Assembly: GCA_026770705.1 (NCBI GenBank)
Contig: JANJGN010000003.1
Location: 184,326,001-184,390,000, forward strand
Direction: 5' to 3'
Source: Isurus oxyrinchus
Lineage: Eukaryota
DNA length: 64,000 nucleotides
Shown here piece by piece: positions 23,093 to 34,991 of the stretch. Position 1 is the first letter of the stretch; each line of letters opens with the position of its first letter. The translations under genes and the position numbers were made by a program. The notes beneath the pieces are model-generated. The model was not told the origin of the DNA, searched no databases, and saw nothing but the letters and a program-made list of their open reading frames with translations.

Positions 23093-23196
23093 AATAAAAA
23101 CATAAAATGCTGGAAAAACTTAGCAGGTCTGACAGCATTTGTGGAAAGAGAAACAGAGTTAATGTTTTGAGTCCATATGACCCTTCTTCAGAGCTT
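23093..23196 (-). mobile_element. Short Penelope-like insert with decayed hammerhead, sense to gfod1
   Basis: Minus strand reads CTGAAGA-A-GGGTC atatg GACTC-AAAA-CATT-AACTC followed by the shared gctgtcagacctgct tail. Confidence 0.78.
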
Positions 23197-23634
23197 TTAT
23201 AAAAATAGTAGACCTCTGTGTTCACTGTCATGTGCTCCAGTTCTGTAAAGTTCTGTGCCTGGAGTAAAAAAAATTGTAACATTTATCCCTTTTCAAACAA
23301 AGTGATCTTCAATACAAGTCACTTGAATCAATAGAAAGTTAACATGTCACCTGGTGATGAAAACCATTGTCTTTTCAAAAGCTTACAATGACCACCAACT
23401 AAGGTGGTCCTCAGTACCTGTAGTTATTAACACTCGTTTGTTTTAATAACATTTTTTGTTACCAGACACCACTTTAATCTTACTTGGTATGTTGCTAAGA
23501 AACTCTGTAGATGTGTCAATATTTGTTTAAACCAGGAAGTCTCAGAGGTATAGCATTCACATATCTGCTCATCTAAAGATATTAATTCCTTTTACATACT
23601 GAATCTACTTGTTACAAGAAGTTGTTAAAAGCAG

Positions 23635-24554
23635 TTAGTATAATAGTGACATTCTGCTGCGACGCATAGCCTCACTGATCAAATATGCAGGGCTAATCTC
23701 AGGCTCTTCTGTCATTATCACAATGTTCTGCCATTCACCAGTCTCGTTTGATTTTTTAATGGTGTCCACTACACACAGTGCGTACAAGCAATCCTCAAAT
23801 GTTGCTGCCATAGTTAGTGGTCTCCCATCCCAGGTCCGTCGATCTTCTTGGTCTTGGAATGCTTGCCGAATAGCTTGAACCATCATGATAGTACCCCTGA
23901 GGAATGGGGATGGGATATCCCTGAAAGCTTTTTCTGGGAGCAATGCATTACTTACAGGTGTTGAGTCTTCTAAAATCAATTCCTTTTGAGATGCACTATT
24001 TCTTTGTCCATACAAGTCGCTACCATTTACCATTAATCGGCCAGTGGACCCCACCACAATGATTTCTTGTTTAAAATCCCCAGGGACATTGAAATTCAAA
24101 GTCACAGTACAGCACACACCACCTTCTAAAACCATCTGAAAGGTGCAGAAGTCATCACTAGTGATCTGACGGATCCCTCTGATATGCTCTGTCTGCTTCA
24201 CAAAAGTTTTCAGGAAGCCATGGACTTTGGCAGCTTTTTGGCTGGTCAGAAAAGTCAAAAGGTCAATAATGTAGCTTCCAACTGAATGTAGCCCTCCACC
24301 CCCCATCAGGTCATCACAGCTCCAGTTGTATTTCTTGCCCAAAAGACTTCCACTGTGAACCTGGACCTCACAGATCAATAAGTCCCCCACATATCCTTCT
24401 TGAATCATTTGCTTCATCTTAACAAAAGCAGGGAGGAAACGGAGAACATTACCCATTATACTCATGAGTTTGGGATAATAATGTGCTGCTGACATCATCC
24501 TAAACGCATCCAGAGGAGTTGCAGCTCTGTCACAGATGACATTTTTCCCAATTC
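23635..24554 (-). CDS. gfod1: Glucose-fructose oxidoreductase domain-containing protein 1, last coding exon
   Basis: Intact ORF (G)[29 protein letters not shown]...[24 protein letters not shown], very close to the vertebrate GFOD1 C-terminal part as I recall it. Polypyrimidine tract and AG acceptor (ttttcttttcattttcaattag) at 24555-24576, phase-1 intron. Confidence 0.96.
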
Positions 24555-24884
24555 CTAATTGAAAATGAAAAGAAAATACATCAACAATGCAGACACAAAT
24601 ACTTACGCCTACTCACAAGCATAGTGTTTAACCACAACTAGAGAACAATTGATTTCTCAGGTTTTTCAATCAACAGAAGAGAAATCACATTCTTTTGCTA
24701 AAATATACTTTATTAATAAAACACCTGAAAGAACATTAGAAAACATTTCAAAATGGCCATCACATAAAGTGAAATGATATTCAAGTTTTCTGTATAGATC
24801 ATATTGCACTCTGAGGGAGGCGCCTCAATACAATAAGAGGAATGTTACCAACATTTCAAAGTGGTCACTACCCTTGATATTCAA

Positions 24885-26169
24885 GGGTAGAATTTTCCCC
24901 TTGTCGGGGGGTGGGGGTGGGCGGACCCGATCGGCACCCCCTATCAGGTCCACGCCGCCATTTTATGTGGGCGAGCTAATTAAGGCCAGAAGAGCGCAGA
25001 AATCTCCCTGAGGCACCTCTGTGTTTTAAATTTTAACAGTTCAATAAAGCGTTGAAAATTTTTTTATGACATGTCCCCTCATGTGAAACTGTCACATGAG
25101 TGGGACATGTGCATTAATTTCAATAAAAAATTTTGAGAAAATTTAAAATCATTCATAGAAACTACATACAATATTTTCATCTCAACTACTTTCTGTGGTA
25201 CCGAATTCTACAGGCTCACCACCCTCTGGGTGAAGAAATTTCTCCTCATCTCAGTCCTAAATGATCTACCCCATATCGTCAGACTGTGACCCCTGGTTCT
25301 GGACTCCCCCACCATCGGGAACATCCTTCCTGCATCTACCCTGTCTAGTCCTGTTAGAATTTTATAGGTTTCTATGAGAACCCCCTCATTCTTCTGAACT
25401 CCAGCAAATATAATCTTAACCGACTCAATCTCACCTCATATGTCAGTCCCTCCATCCCAGGAATCAGTCAGGTAAACCTTCGCTGCACTCCCTCTATAGC
25501 AAATACATCCTTCCTCAGATAAGGAGACCAAAACTGCACACAATATTCCAGGTGTGAGCTCACCAAGGCCCTGTACAATTGCAGCAAGACATCCCAGTTC
25601 CTGTACTCGAATCCTCTGGCTATGAAGGCCAACCTACCATTTGCCTTCTTTACCTTCAGCGACTGGTGTACAAGGACACCCAGGTCTCATTGCACATTCC
25701 CCTCTTTCAATTTATAGCAATTCCGATAATAATCTGTCGTCATGTTTTTTCTATCAAAATGGATAACCTCACATTTATCCACATTACACTGCATCTGCCA
25801 TGCATTTGCCCACTCACTCAGCTTGTCCAAACCACACTGAAGCATCTCTGCATCCTCCTCACAGCTCACCCTCCCTCCCAGCTTTGTGTCATCTGCAAAT
25901 TTGGAGATATTATATTTAATTCCCTCATATAAATCATTAATATATATTGTGAGTAACTGGGGTCCCAGCACCGATCCCCGCGGTACCCCACTAGTCACCT
26001 GCCATTCGGAAAAGACCCGCTTATTCCTGCCTGTGGATGAGGTTCCATGAAAAATGCGAATGCCGTCTGGGTCTTTGCCTGCCCGCATATAACTGACGTC
26101 AGGATGCGTGTCATTTTACACCTCAGTGAGTGGGCCCCACCCCTGCTCGCCAAGCTGAAGATTCTCCCC
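24885..26169 (+). mobile_element. Harbinger-type hairpin MITE, copy 2, interrupted by CR1
   Basis: TSD CAA/CAA, TIRs gggtagaattttcc / gaagattctcccc. Confidence 0.85.
25154..26025 (-). mobile_element. CR1 LINE 3' fragment nested in MITE copy 2
   Basis: 'VTSGVPRGSVLGPQLLTIYINDL..GI...ISKFADDTKLGG' on the minus strand. Tail-like catagaaac at the left edge. Confidence 0.9.
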
Positions 26170-27436
26170 CAAGTTTTCTACCTAGATCATGCTGCACCTG
26201 AGGTGCTTCAATACAATCAAAGGAACTTTACAAACATTTCAAAATGGTCACCATAGAAAGTGCAATGATATTTAAGTTCTCTGCATAGATTATGTTGCAA
26301 TCCTCCTAATATTTTCTTTGACTCAGCATTCATTATTTTGATTATGCCTCTTGGAAATATTTTGGGATCTTTCCTATATCATAGGCATTATATAAATGCA
26401 GGTTTTTGTGGGCCTTGCAATTTTAGGGCTCTAAGGCCAGGCATGCGGGGGCTGGCCCGACATCATGGAATGGGTACAGCACAGGAGACCATTTAATCTG
26501 TGTCACCAATCCAACTAGCTCCACTCCCCCACTATTTTCCCCCATAGCTGTGCCAATCTTTCCCCTTCAAGTACTTATTAATTACCCTTTGAAAGCCACA
26601 ATTGAATCTATCTCCACCACCCTCTCAGGCACTGCATTCTAGATCCTAACCACTTGCTACACAAAGAATTTTTTCTTCATGTCACCTTTCGTTCTTTTGC
26701 CAATCACCTAAATCTGTATCCCCTGGTCTAGATGCTTCCACCAATGGAAGTTTCTGTCTATCTATCCTGTCTGGACCCATCATGACTGAACACCTCTATC
26801 AAATCTCCTATAAACCTTCTCTGCTCTAAGAGAACAATCCCAGATTTTCCAATGTATCCATGTAATTGAAGTACCTCATCTGTGGAGCCATTCCAGTAAA
26901 TCTTTTCTGCATCCTCTTTAAGACTTTCACATCCTCCCTAAATTGGGTGCAATACTTCAATTGTGGCCAAACCAGTGTTTTATATGCCCAGGATATTGTA
27001 TGTTTTTTTAACCACTTTCTGTATCTGTCCAGTAATCTTCAAAAGATTTGTGCCCATATACTCCCAGTTCTCTCTGTTCCTGCACCCCCTTTAGAATTAT
27101 ACCCTTGAATTTATATTTCATCTGCCAATTGCTCACCTATATTGCACCAGTATATGTCCTCTTAAAGTCTACTGCTAGCTTCCTCACTGTTCACTACACT
27201 TATAGGTTTTGCGTCATCTGAAAATTTTGAAAGGGCGCCCTGCACACCCAAGTTCAAGTTATTAATATATCACAAAAAGCAGTACAGACCACTGGGGAAA
27301 CCCAGTGTATTCCTTTTTCCAGACTGACAAACAGCTGTTCACCATTTCTCTGTTTCCTGTCCTTCATCCAACTTCATATCCATGTTGTCACTATCCCTTT
27401 TATTTCATGGGCTTCAACTTTGCTGAGAAACTTGTT

Positions 27437-29182
27437 GGGCAGAATTTTATGGACATTTTCTTCGGGTTTGCAGGTGGGGGTGGGGAGATGTCTATAAAAT
27501 TCCCCTGGTGGCTTTCCCACCAACCTCACCCCTGACCTGTCCACAATTTTACAGGTGGTAGGCAAGGACTAGGGTGGCCCGCCTTCCCTTGCCCCAATTG
27601 AGGTTCTTTAGTGGCCAATTAGTGGCCACTTCCCACCTCAGCCTCAGCTTTTGGAGGAGAGGGATGGTTGGGGGTGGGGGGGGGAGGGGGGTGGTAAGGG
27701 GGGAGCGGTGTGGAGGGCTGCTTTTGTCCCTGTTTTGAGATCAGGCTCTGTACCTGCCCGCCCCCTCCCCCCTCCCCCCAGCAAGGTCAGGGCCTTCCTC
27801 TCCACCTGCCCATCAAATCACAACCCTCTCACCTGCACCCCCAGGCCTCCTGACCCTGCCACTGCACCCCAAGCACTTACCTGCATCGTGGTTCTGGCAC
27901 TTTGACTCAGCAGACTGCTTGTAGTACCAGCAGTGGCCACTGTTCCTGGTGGCGCTGCTGGGACTAGAAAGCTGCTAGCTTGCCTGGCAGCTCTCCAGAG
28001 GCGGGACTTCTTGCCAAGTGTTACAGACAGGAGGGGGACAATTCAAACAGCACTGTTTTTCTCTTACTGCCTGTCCGTAAGCAGAAGACGTTTTGAATTA
28101 GGCTGTTTTAAAGAGTAAGCGACGGTGTACTTTTTCCAACCCCTTGATTTTTGTGAGATCTAATTTTACTATTAAACCACAGCAAATTTGAGTTAGGATT
28201 AACTCAGAAGGTTGGTTTATTTCATACATTCAAAATCTGTGAAATGAGTGCCCACAACATCCCACTCAGCATTCACGCAGTAAAGGGGGAGGAGTTAAAG
28301 AAAAGGAGGTTTGCAGTACAAGGACCACAGAAAAATTGAATATTAGTTCATGTGAGTTCCAGAGTCCCAAACTCAGAGTCCAATAAGGAATCCTTTCACG
28401 TAGGCTTTCGAGTTCAGCTGGCTGGAGACTGGTGTTGGAAGATTCACTTTTCAGTTGGTGTTGATGTTGCAAGATGAGGCCTGCAGAGATTGGGTTGGTT
28501 CTAGAGGCAGTGGTACAAAATCTTCCAGCAGAGTCAAGTTAAATGGGCCGGTTGTCCTGTCTGGACAGAGCCGGCTTCTTTGTGGCTTGCCTGTCATACT
28601 GGGTGTGCAGCCCAGAAATGTAATGTTAATCTGTTCCAAGGGCCAGAGCCTTGGGTCATCTGATCTTCCTCCTTCAGAATGACTTCAAAAGGGAGGTTTA
28701 TCCAGTGTCCGGAATTATTTTTTTTTCAGGACTGATAATGTCTCAGTCATTATGCGTTGAAAGGGGTGCCATTTATGTTGAGGGTCTGGCATTTGGGAAG
28801 CCATTGTCTCAGTAGACCTACTGACTCTGCTAGCAAGGTTGGCTTATCAAATGTAAATAGCAATCCTGTAGCACCTTTTGAACAGTCTGAAGTTTTCTGT
28901 TAGTAACTCCCTAGGCATAGCGAGGTGAGACATTCCAGAAATGGAGAAGAGAATTCTTTTGTTCTGAACAAAATGTCCAGTTTTTAAAAAAAGCAATAAA
29001 TTTAACCTATTTAAATACTTATAGTGTTGGGATTCTGTTCCATGTCAGCAGAACTCAACATCGAGTGAGGGATGAAAGTCTTGCCTCTAGCCAATTAACA
29101 TGGCTGTGGGGCAAGCCTGATCAGCAGGAACGCATTCCCGGCTGACTCCTTCAGTGGTAGGGCCATTGGAAAAATTCTGCCC
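27437..29182. mobile_element. Non-autonomous Harbinger-type element containing a solo LTR
   Basis: TIRs gggcagaatttt / aaaattctgccc, TSD GTT/ATT. Confidence 0.8.
28019..29060. mobile_element. Probable solo LTR
   Basis: TGTT...AACA ends, degenerate 5-bp TSD ccaag/tcgag. The host element appears to resume after it. Confidence 0.55.
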
Positions 29183-29943
29183 ATTCTGTGTCACTTTATC
29201 AAACGTGTTTTGGAAGTCTATATACACCACATTAAATGCATTGCCCTCATCAACGCTCTCTGTTAATTCATCAAAAAACTTAATCAAGTTCATTAAACAT
29301 GATTTTCCTTTAATAAATCCATGCTGGCTTTCCCTAATTATTATGCACTTGTGCAAGTGCCTGTTAATCTTGTCCCGGATTATCTTTTCTAAAAGCTTCC
29401 CCACCACCAAGGTTAAACTGACTGGCCTGTAGTTGCTGGGATTATTCTTGCACTCTTTCTTCAATAATGATGTAACATTTGCAATTTCCTAGTCAGCAGG
29501 CAATCCGTGTTTATCTCAGATGACTGCATTCTCCTGATCACATTTAATTTAATGCCTGACTGCAGATTGTCAAGTCCCTGTTTGTGTTCATTTTCAAGAT
29601 GAAACTAAGATAAATTGATTGGTTGACTTGATAGTTATTATCCAGTTTGTTTTTTTAAAAATTCTTAATTGTTGTATTCCTCTAATTAGCAAAACATCAT
29701 ATTAAGTCTAATCGATATGTCACAGACACAGAATGATAAATGAAACATCTCTCAGTTCTGAAGACGTAGTTTGTTGGAATATTAGCAGTCCAATCACCAC
29801 AAACAGTAGTTGTATGAAATTTAGCGACCATGCAGCATTTGAATGGCTGGAGGAGAAAAAAAATTAGTATGAACTTCTGCTACCAATCACCATGCAGTAA
29901 ATAATCCTGGGAAATACATGTCCATGGATGCTGATTGAAGGAA

Positions 29944-30488
29944 AGGTTGGATTTGCTCTGGATGGTTGAGCAGCTGGCTGAGACTTAGTGACTGAGGCTA
30001 ACACATGAAGAATCGATACTTCGAACAGGACTTTTGTGGAGGAGGAAGGAAGGTCAAGTTGGGAAACTTCCCAACCTGGCAGACCAGCTTCCTTTAAAAG
30101 GGGCCCCACCCCCAATATTTTCATTCCGGGGAGGCAGGGATGGGATGGAGTTGGGCCAAGCCTGTGGAGACAGTTCAGAGGTGGCGAGTGCAGAGGCAGG
30201 CTAGTTAGAAGGCTCACTTCAGTATCTCTGGGACTTTGGGCTAGTTGTATTAAAGGCTGTTAGGCCCTCTAATCCTCAGCTCTTATACACCCTAACCAAT
30301 CCCCATGCCCCTTCATATTCTCTATGCCACCTCAATGCCCCCACCATACCCCTGTGCCTCTGATTGGCTGGCAGCTCTCAATGGGCAGGGCCTCCACCAC
30401 TGGGGTTCTAATCCTAGGGAAAGGCCCACTGACGGTGGTCCTGCCAGCTGGCAGGTGACACCCCCACTGCCTCCACAAGATTCTGCCC
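29944..30488. mobile_element. Old non-autonomous TIR element remnant
   Basis: Right end aagattctgccc matches the Harbinger TIR and the interior is GC-rich. Left end uncertain. Confidence 0.4.
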
Positions 30489-31234
30489 TGTGGGTTTAGG
30501 TCCTTAAAACAGTGAAAATAGGTCTGTTTGAACTCAGCACTAATTTCAAATGGCTTAGCAGATTTGTGATTTACAGTGCTGGAGCAGGAAGAGAAGCTAC
30601 TGCAGGTGATACTCTGACTATGATTAGGTAGATAAGAATGGAACCATGAGATCTGCTGGAAATGGAGGTGGGATTTCCACCGGGTCCCACCTGCCATTTT
30701 AAAATGTCTACCGAGTCATCCTGACTCAGTGAAAATCCAGGCCTTAGCAAACAGGGAAGCCAGCACCTGTGAAACTGCACCCCAACACAGTAAACTTCTA
30801 AAACAAAGGTTTTTTTTTTCATCCAAATACAAACCTTTGAGCTGCAGTATTGAGTTCTACTACCTTAGGCAGTACAGCTCAAAGGACTTCTTACCACAAT
30901 TAATTGGTAGGAATCTGTTACAATATTTGTGTACATACTTTCCTGCGAAACTGACAACATAATGACATTTTTTTCTCTCGCTTCAATGTAATAGTGCTAT
31001 TTGTAGATAAATGCAAATCAGAGGCTGTTAAATGTTTAAATAGTGGAAAGGTATCCATTAGATAGCACAAAGCATCTCTTATTCATTGAGTCAGCAATCG
31101 CCCCCTTGGGCAGATGGTAGGTTTGTAATCGTCCATATTAAGAAGCTTTATTGAATGGCAGCATGAATCTGCAGACAATGTAGGCATGAATGTATTTAAC
31201 TCCTGAAAGTGCTTTGAAAATAGCACATCACATA

Positions 31235-31838
31235 GGGGAGAATTTTCTGGGCGGGAGCAGGCACAGGCGGACCTGCCGCCATTTTACATGGGCGGGCCAA
31301 TTAAGGCCCGCCCAGCGTGACGTGTACCCATAAGCGTCAGCGCTACCTGTGAGGGCAGGGGAGGAGGGAAAGTTGGGGTATGCACGCGAAAGAGCGCAGA
31401 AATCTCCCTGAAGCACAGAGCTGCCTCAGGGAGATTACTTTGATTATGAAAACTTGAAAGAAAGAATAAGAAAATTAATCAGACATGTCCCCTCATGTGA
31501 CAGTGTCACATGAGCTGGAACATGCCAATGAATTTTAATAAAAATTTTTATTAAACTTATAAACCCATCATGGAACCTCATCCCGCCCGTGGATGAGGTT
31601 CCATGAAAAATGTGAAGGTTGTCTGGGCTCTTCGCCTGCCCACCAACCTTAAGGTTGATGGGCAGCCCTGGCGATAACTTTAATGAGGTGATTAATGGCC
31701 TTAACAGGCCTTTGACAGTTCAGCAGGTGCGCAGCCGACTCCAGTGCGCGCCCGCCAAAGTGAAGATCGGAATGAAGCGTGATGACATCGGGACGCGTCA
31801 TTTTATGCCCGCCGCATGCCAACCAGAAAATTCTGCCC
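31235..31838 (+). mobile_element. Harbinger-type hairpin MITE, copy 3
   Basis: TSD ATA/ATA, TIRs ggggagaattttctgg / ccagaaaattctgccc, all internal hairpins present. Confidence 0.9.
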
Positions 31839-31909
31839 ATAATTTTTTCAACAGGGATGAAATATCATAAAACTTGCTTTTTTTAAAAGCAGTGAAAATA
31901 GGAATAGGC

Positions 31910-32400
31910 ATTGCATGTATACGGTATGATCTACTTTTAGTCCCTGTATACAGATGTAGTATTTTTCCACTGTATGTGCATTATGTGTTCAACCTATGCA
32001 TAGCTAGCAATGATTATGCCAGTGCATGTATACAGAATGTTGCACTCATATGTGTGTACAGTGTTATACATACATTGCCTGCAAATGTATAAAGACAACA
32101 AGCATACAACATTCTGGATAAATATACAGGTAGAAAACTATACAAAGGTAGCATAATATATATAACCAAGGGTAAACCTTCTGTATACATAAACAGGTAG
32201 AATATTGTGCAGAATCAGAGCATGTTGTGTGCATACATATGTATAGCATAATCTACCTGTGCATCTACACAGAACATTGTGCCAGTGTATTGTACCCATG
32301 TATAGGCATTATACCTGTTTATGAGCTATTTTCTACATATGAATGTATGCGATGTTGTAGCTCTGTATGTATAAAGAATGTAATATTTATGTTTCAATAG
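31910..32400. repeat. Low-complexity TGTATA/ATAC-rich region, degenerate minisatellite
   Basis: Dense recurrence of tgtat, tatac and atgca words without a clean period. Confidence 0.45.
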
Positions 32401-32732
32401 AGGAAAATACATGGAAAAATAATCAAAAGTTTTAGCAAAATTTAAGAAAATAACCTTGTATTCAATGTGGTCATGATCTGGAACACAAGTACTAATTATT
32501 TGGTGTGGGATAAGTGGCTAAAATTCCAATATTAATTATTTATATTCAATACACCTTGCACCACTGTTATCTAAGTAAGATTAGGCTAAATTTAGGCTAA
32601 AGGGAAGATTTGCTATCGGATCCAGTAATTGGGAATGAACCAGAGCAGATAGGAGAAGTAAAAGCAGGGGAACATCTTGGCAATAGTGACCATAATATAA
32701 TACGCATTAAGATGATGATAGAGAAAGACATG

Positions 32733-33385
32733 GAGGAGAATTTTCTGATTATCAGGCGGGCCGGTCAGGGGCGAGTGCAGGCGTGTGGGCGCGGAGCCGA
32801 TCGCTGCCCACGATCGACTCCGCGTCACCATTTTATATTGGCCCACCCAGCGTGACGCATGGCCAGTAGCACTCAGCGCTACCTGTGTAGGTGGGGGGAA
32901 GAGGGACAGTTGGAGCCTGCGCTCTTTTGTACGCATGCGCATGAAAGAGCACAGAAATCTCCCTGTGGCATGGAGCTGCCTCAGGGAGATTAAATACATA
33001 TTAAGAATTTTTAATAAAGGAAGATAAAAATTATTTATATATGCTTATGGATTGAGCAAAAATTATTCATTTATTTAATAAAACCTTCAGGAAACCTCAT
33101 CCTGCCCATGGATGAGGTTTCCTGACAAATGCGAAAGCCGCTTGGGCTCTTTGCCTGCTTGCCAACCTTAAGGTTGGATGGGCAGGGTTGATTTGTACTT
33201 TAATTGGTTTTTTAACGATCTTAACAGCCCTTTGACAGTTCGGCTGTCGTGCAGCCACCTCCGGCACACGCCCACTGAACAAGAGATCTAAATGACATTG
33301 GGATGCACAGCCGATGTCACTGTGCATCATATTACGTGTCGGCATGTCGGGCCCGCCCCCGCTCGCTGACGTCAAAATTCTGGCC
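32733..33385 (+). mobile_element. Harbinger-type hairpin MITE, copy 4, in CR1
   Basis: TSD ATG/ATG, TIRs gaggagaattttc / aaaattctggcc. The central catgtgac hairpin is missing. Confidence 0.87.
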
Positions 33386-34800
33386 ATGAGTATGACAAAA
33401 AAATCGGGCTATTAAATTGAAGAAAAATGATTTTGAGGTGCTGAGAATAGAACTTAGGAAAATAAAACAGTCAACAATATTGGCAAATAACAATGTAGAA
33501 CAACAGTGTGAAATATTTAAAATGGTGTTCCACAGAGTGCAGAAAATATGTATTACACTAAAAGGAAAGAACAAACTAAACACAAATGAGACTCCATGAA
33601 TGAATAAGGGAACAACTAAGAATGAGGAAAGAGGCATACATTAAGTACATAGGCAGCAGAGGAGTGCACGATAAGAGAGAATATGAAGAGATTAGGAGAG
33701 AAGTAAAAAAAAATAAGAAAGCAAAGAGGAATTATGAAATTAAATCATCAAAGAACATATTACAAAATAATAAAATATTTTACAGGCATATATATAAAGA
33801 AGGAAAGCTGTGATGGGAATAGGACCATTAAGAGATAGACAGAATAATACCACAGGTAATGATAGAGAGATGGCATAAATATTAAATAATTATTTTGCTT
33901 CAGTGTTTACCAGGGAGATAGAACAGTAAGACATGACATTGATTGATGAGATGAGCAATTAGATTTAATTAGATAATTAAACTGACTGAGTGACAGGAAA
34001 CAGAGAGTAATGATAAATGGTTGTTTTTCAGTTTGGAGAAAGGTTTGTAACGGAGTTCCCCAGGGGTCAGTGTTGGGACCCTAGCTCTACCTGATATATA
34101 TATATATATTAATAACCTAGATGGTGGTGTTCAGGGCATGATTTCAAAATTTGCTAATGATATGAAGGTTAGAAATGCCAACTGTGATGAGGATAATTGT
34201 GAACTTCAAAAGGTGGATTGGGGACACAAGGGCAGATGAAGTTCAATTGTAGAAAAGCATGAGGTGATTCATTTTGTTAGGAAGAATATGGGGAGACAGT
34301 ATAAAATAAAGGAGAAACTCTAAAGGAGGTGCAGGAACAGAGGGACCTCGGTGTATAAGTATGTAGGTCATTGAAGATGGCAGGGCATATTAAGAGATCA
34401 GTTAATAAAGCATATAGTATCTTAGGCTTTATTAATAAGGGCATTGAGTACAAGAGTAAGGAGGTCATGTTGAATTTGTGTAAGACACTAATTAGGCTTC
34501 AACTGGAGTACTGCGTCCAGTTCTGGGCACCATATTTGAGGAAGGATGTAAAGGTATTGGAGAGAGTACAGAGGAGATTCACAAGAATGATTCCACGGAT
34601 AAAGAACTGTAGCTACGTGGATAGCTTGGAGAGGCTGGGACTGCAAGTGAGTAAAACATCCTTTTTCCAGCCCACTCCCGCACTTAGTGCAAATCTGGGA
34701 CAATTGCATCCTTAGAATAAGTTCTGCTCACCATATTATAAAAAGGATATAGAGGCACTGGAGAGGATGCAGAGAAAATCAAAGGATGATACCAGGAATA

Positions 34801-34991
34801 AAAACAAAAAACTGCGGATGCTGGAAATCCAAAACAAAAACAGAATTACCTGGAAAAACTCAGCAGGTCTGGCAGCATCGGCGGAGAAGAAAAGAGTTGA
34901 CGTTTCGAGTCCTCATGACCCTACTGCTGAAGGGTCATGAGGACTCGAAACGTCAACTCTTTTCTTCTCCGCCGATGCTGCCAGACCTGCT
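34801..34991. mobile_element. Penelope-like insert with inverted 5' end (hairpin)
   Basis: 16-bp TSD gatgataccaggaata at 34785-34800 and 34992-35007. Perfect inverted arms 34860-34922 and 34931-34993. Confidence 0.88.

Larger units (their letters stand above)
18930..23634 (-). other. Probable 3' UTR of gfod1
   Basis: AT-rich, repeat-poor stretch downstream of the stop codon, ending at a good polyA signal. Extent is inferred. Confidence 0.55.
24690..26300 (-). repeat. ~105-bp diverged tandem repeat (about 3 units), likely 3' UTR of an L1/Tx1-like element, interrupted by MITE copy 2
   Basis: acatttcaaaatgg...tgatattcaagttttct..atagatcat..tgca recurs at ~24743, ~24851 and ~26234. Minus-strand AATAAA near 24709. 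Confidence 0.6.
26475..29490 (-). mobile_element. CR1 LINE fragment split by a TIR element (pieces ~26475-27436 and 29183-29490)
   Basis: 'NPSNYRPVSLTLVVGKLLEKIIRD...SQHGFIKGKSCL.NL..FFD' on the minus strand. Host continuous across the insertion. Confidence 0.85.

Noticed and set aside
23635-24498. Treating the 287-aa ORF as a complete single-exon gene or retrocopy, or as gfod2
   Set aside because: Homology extends upstream of the ATG to a canonical splice acceptor, and the C-terminus is GFOD1-like.
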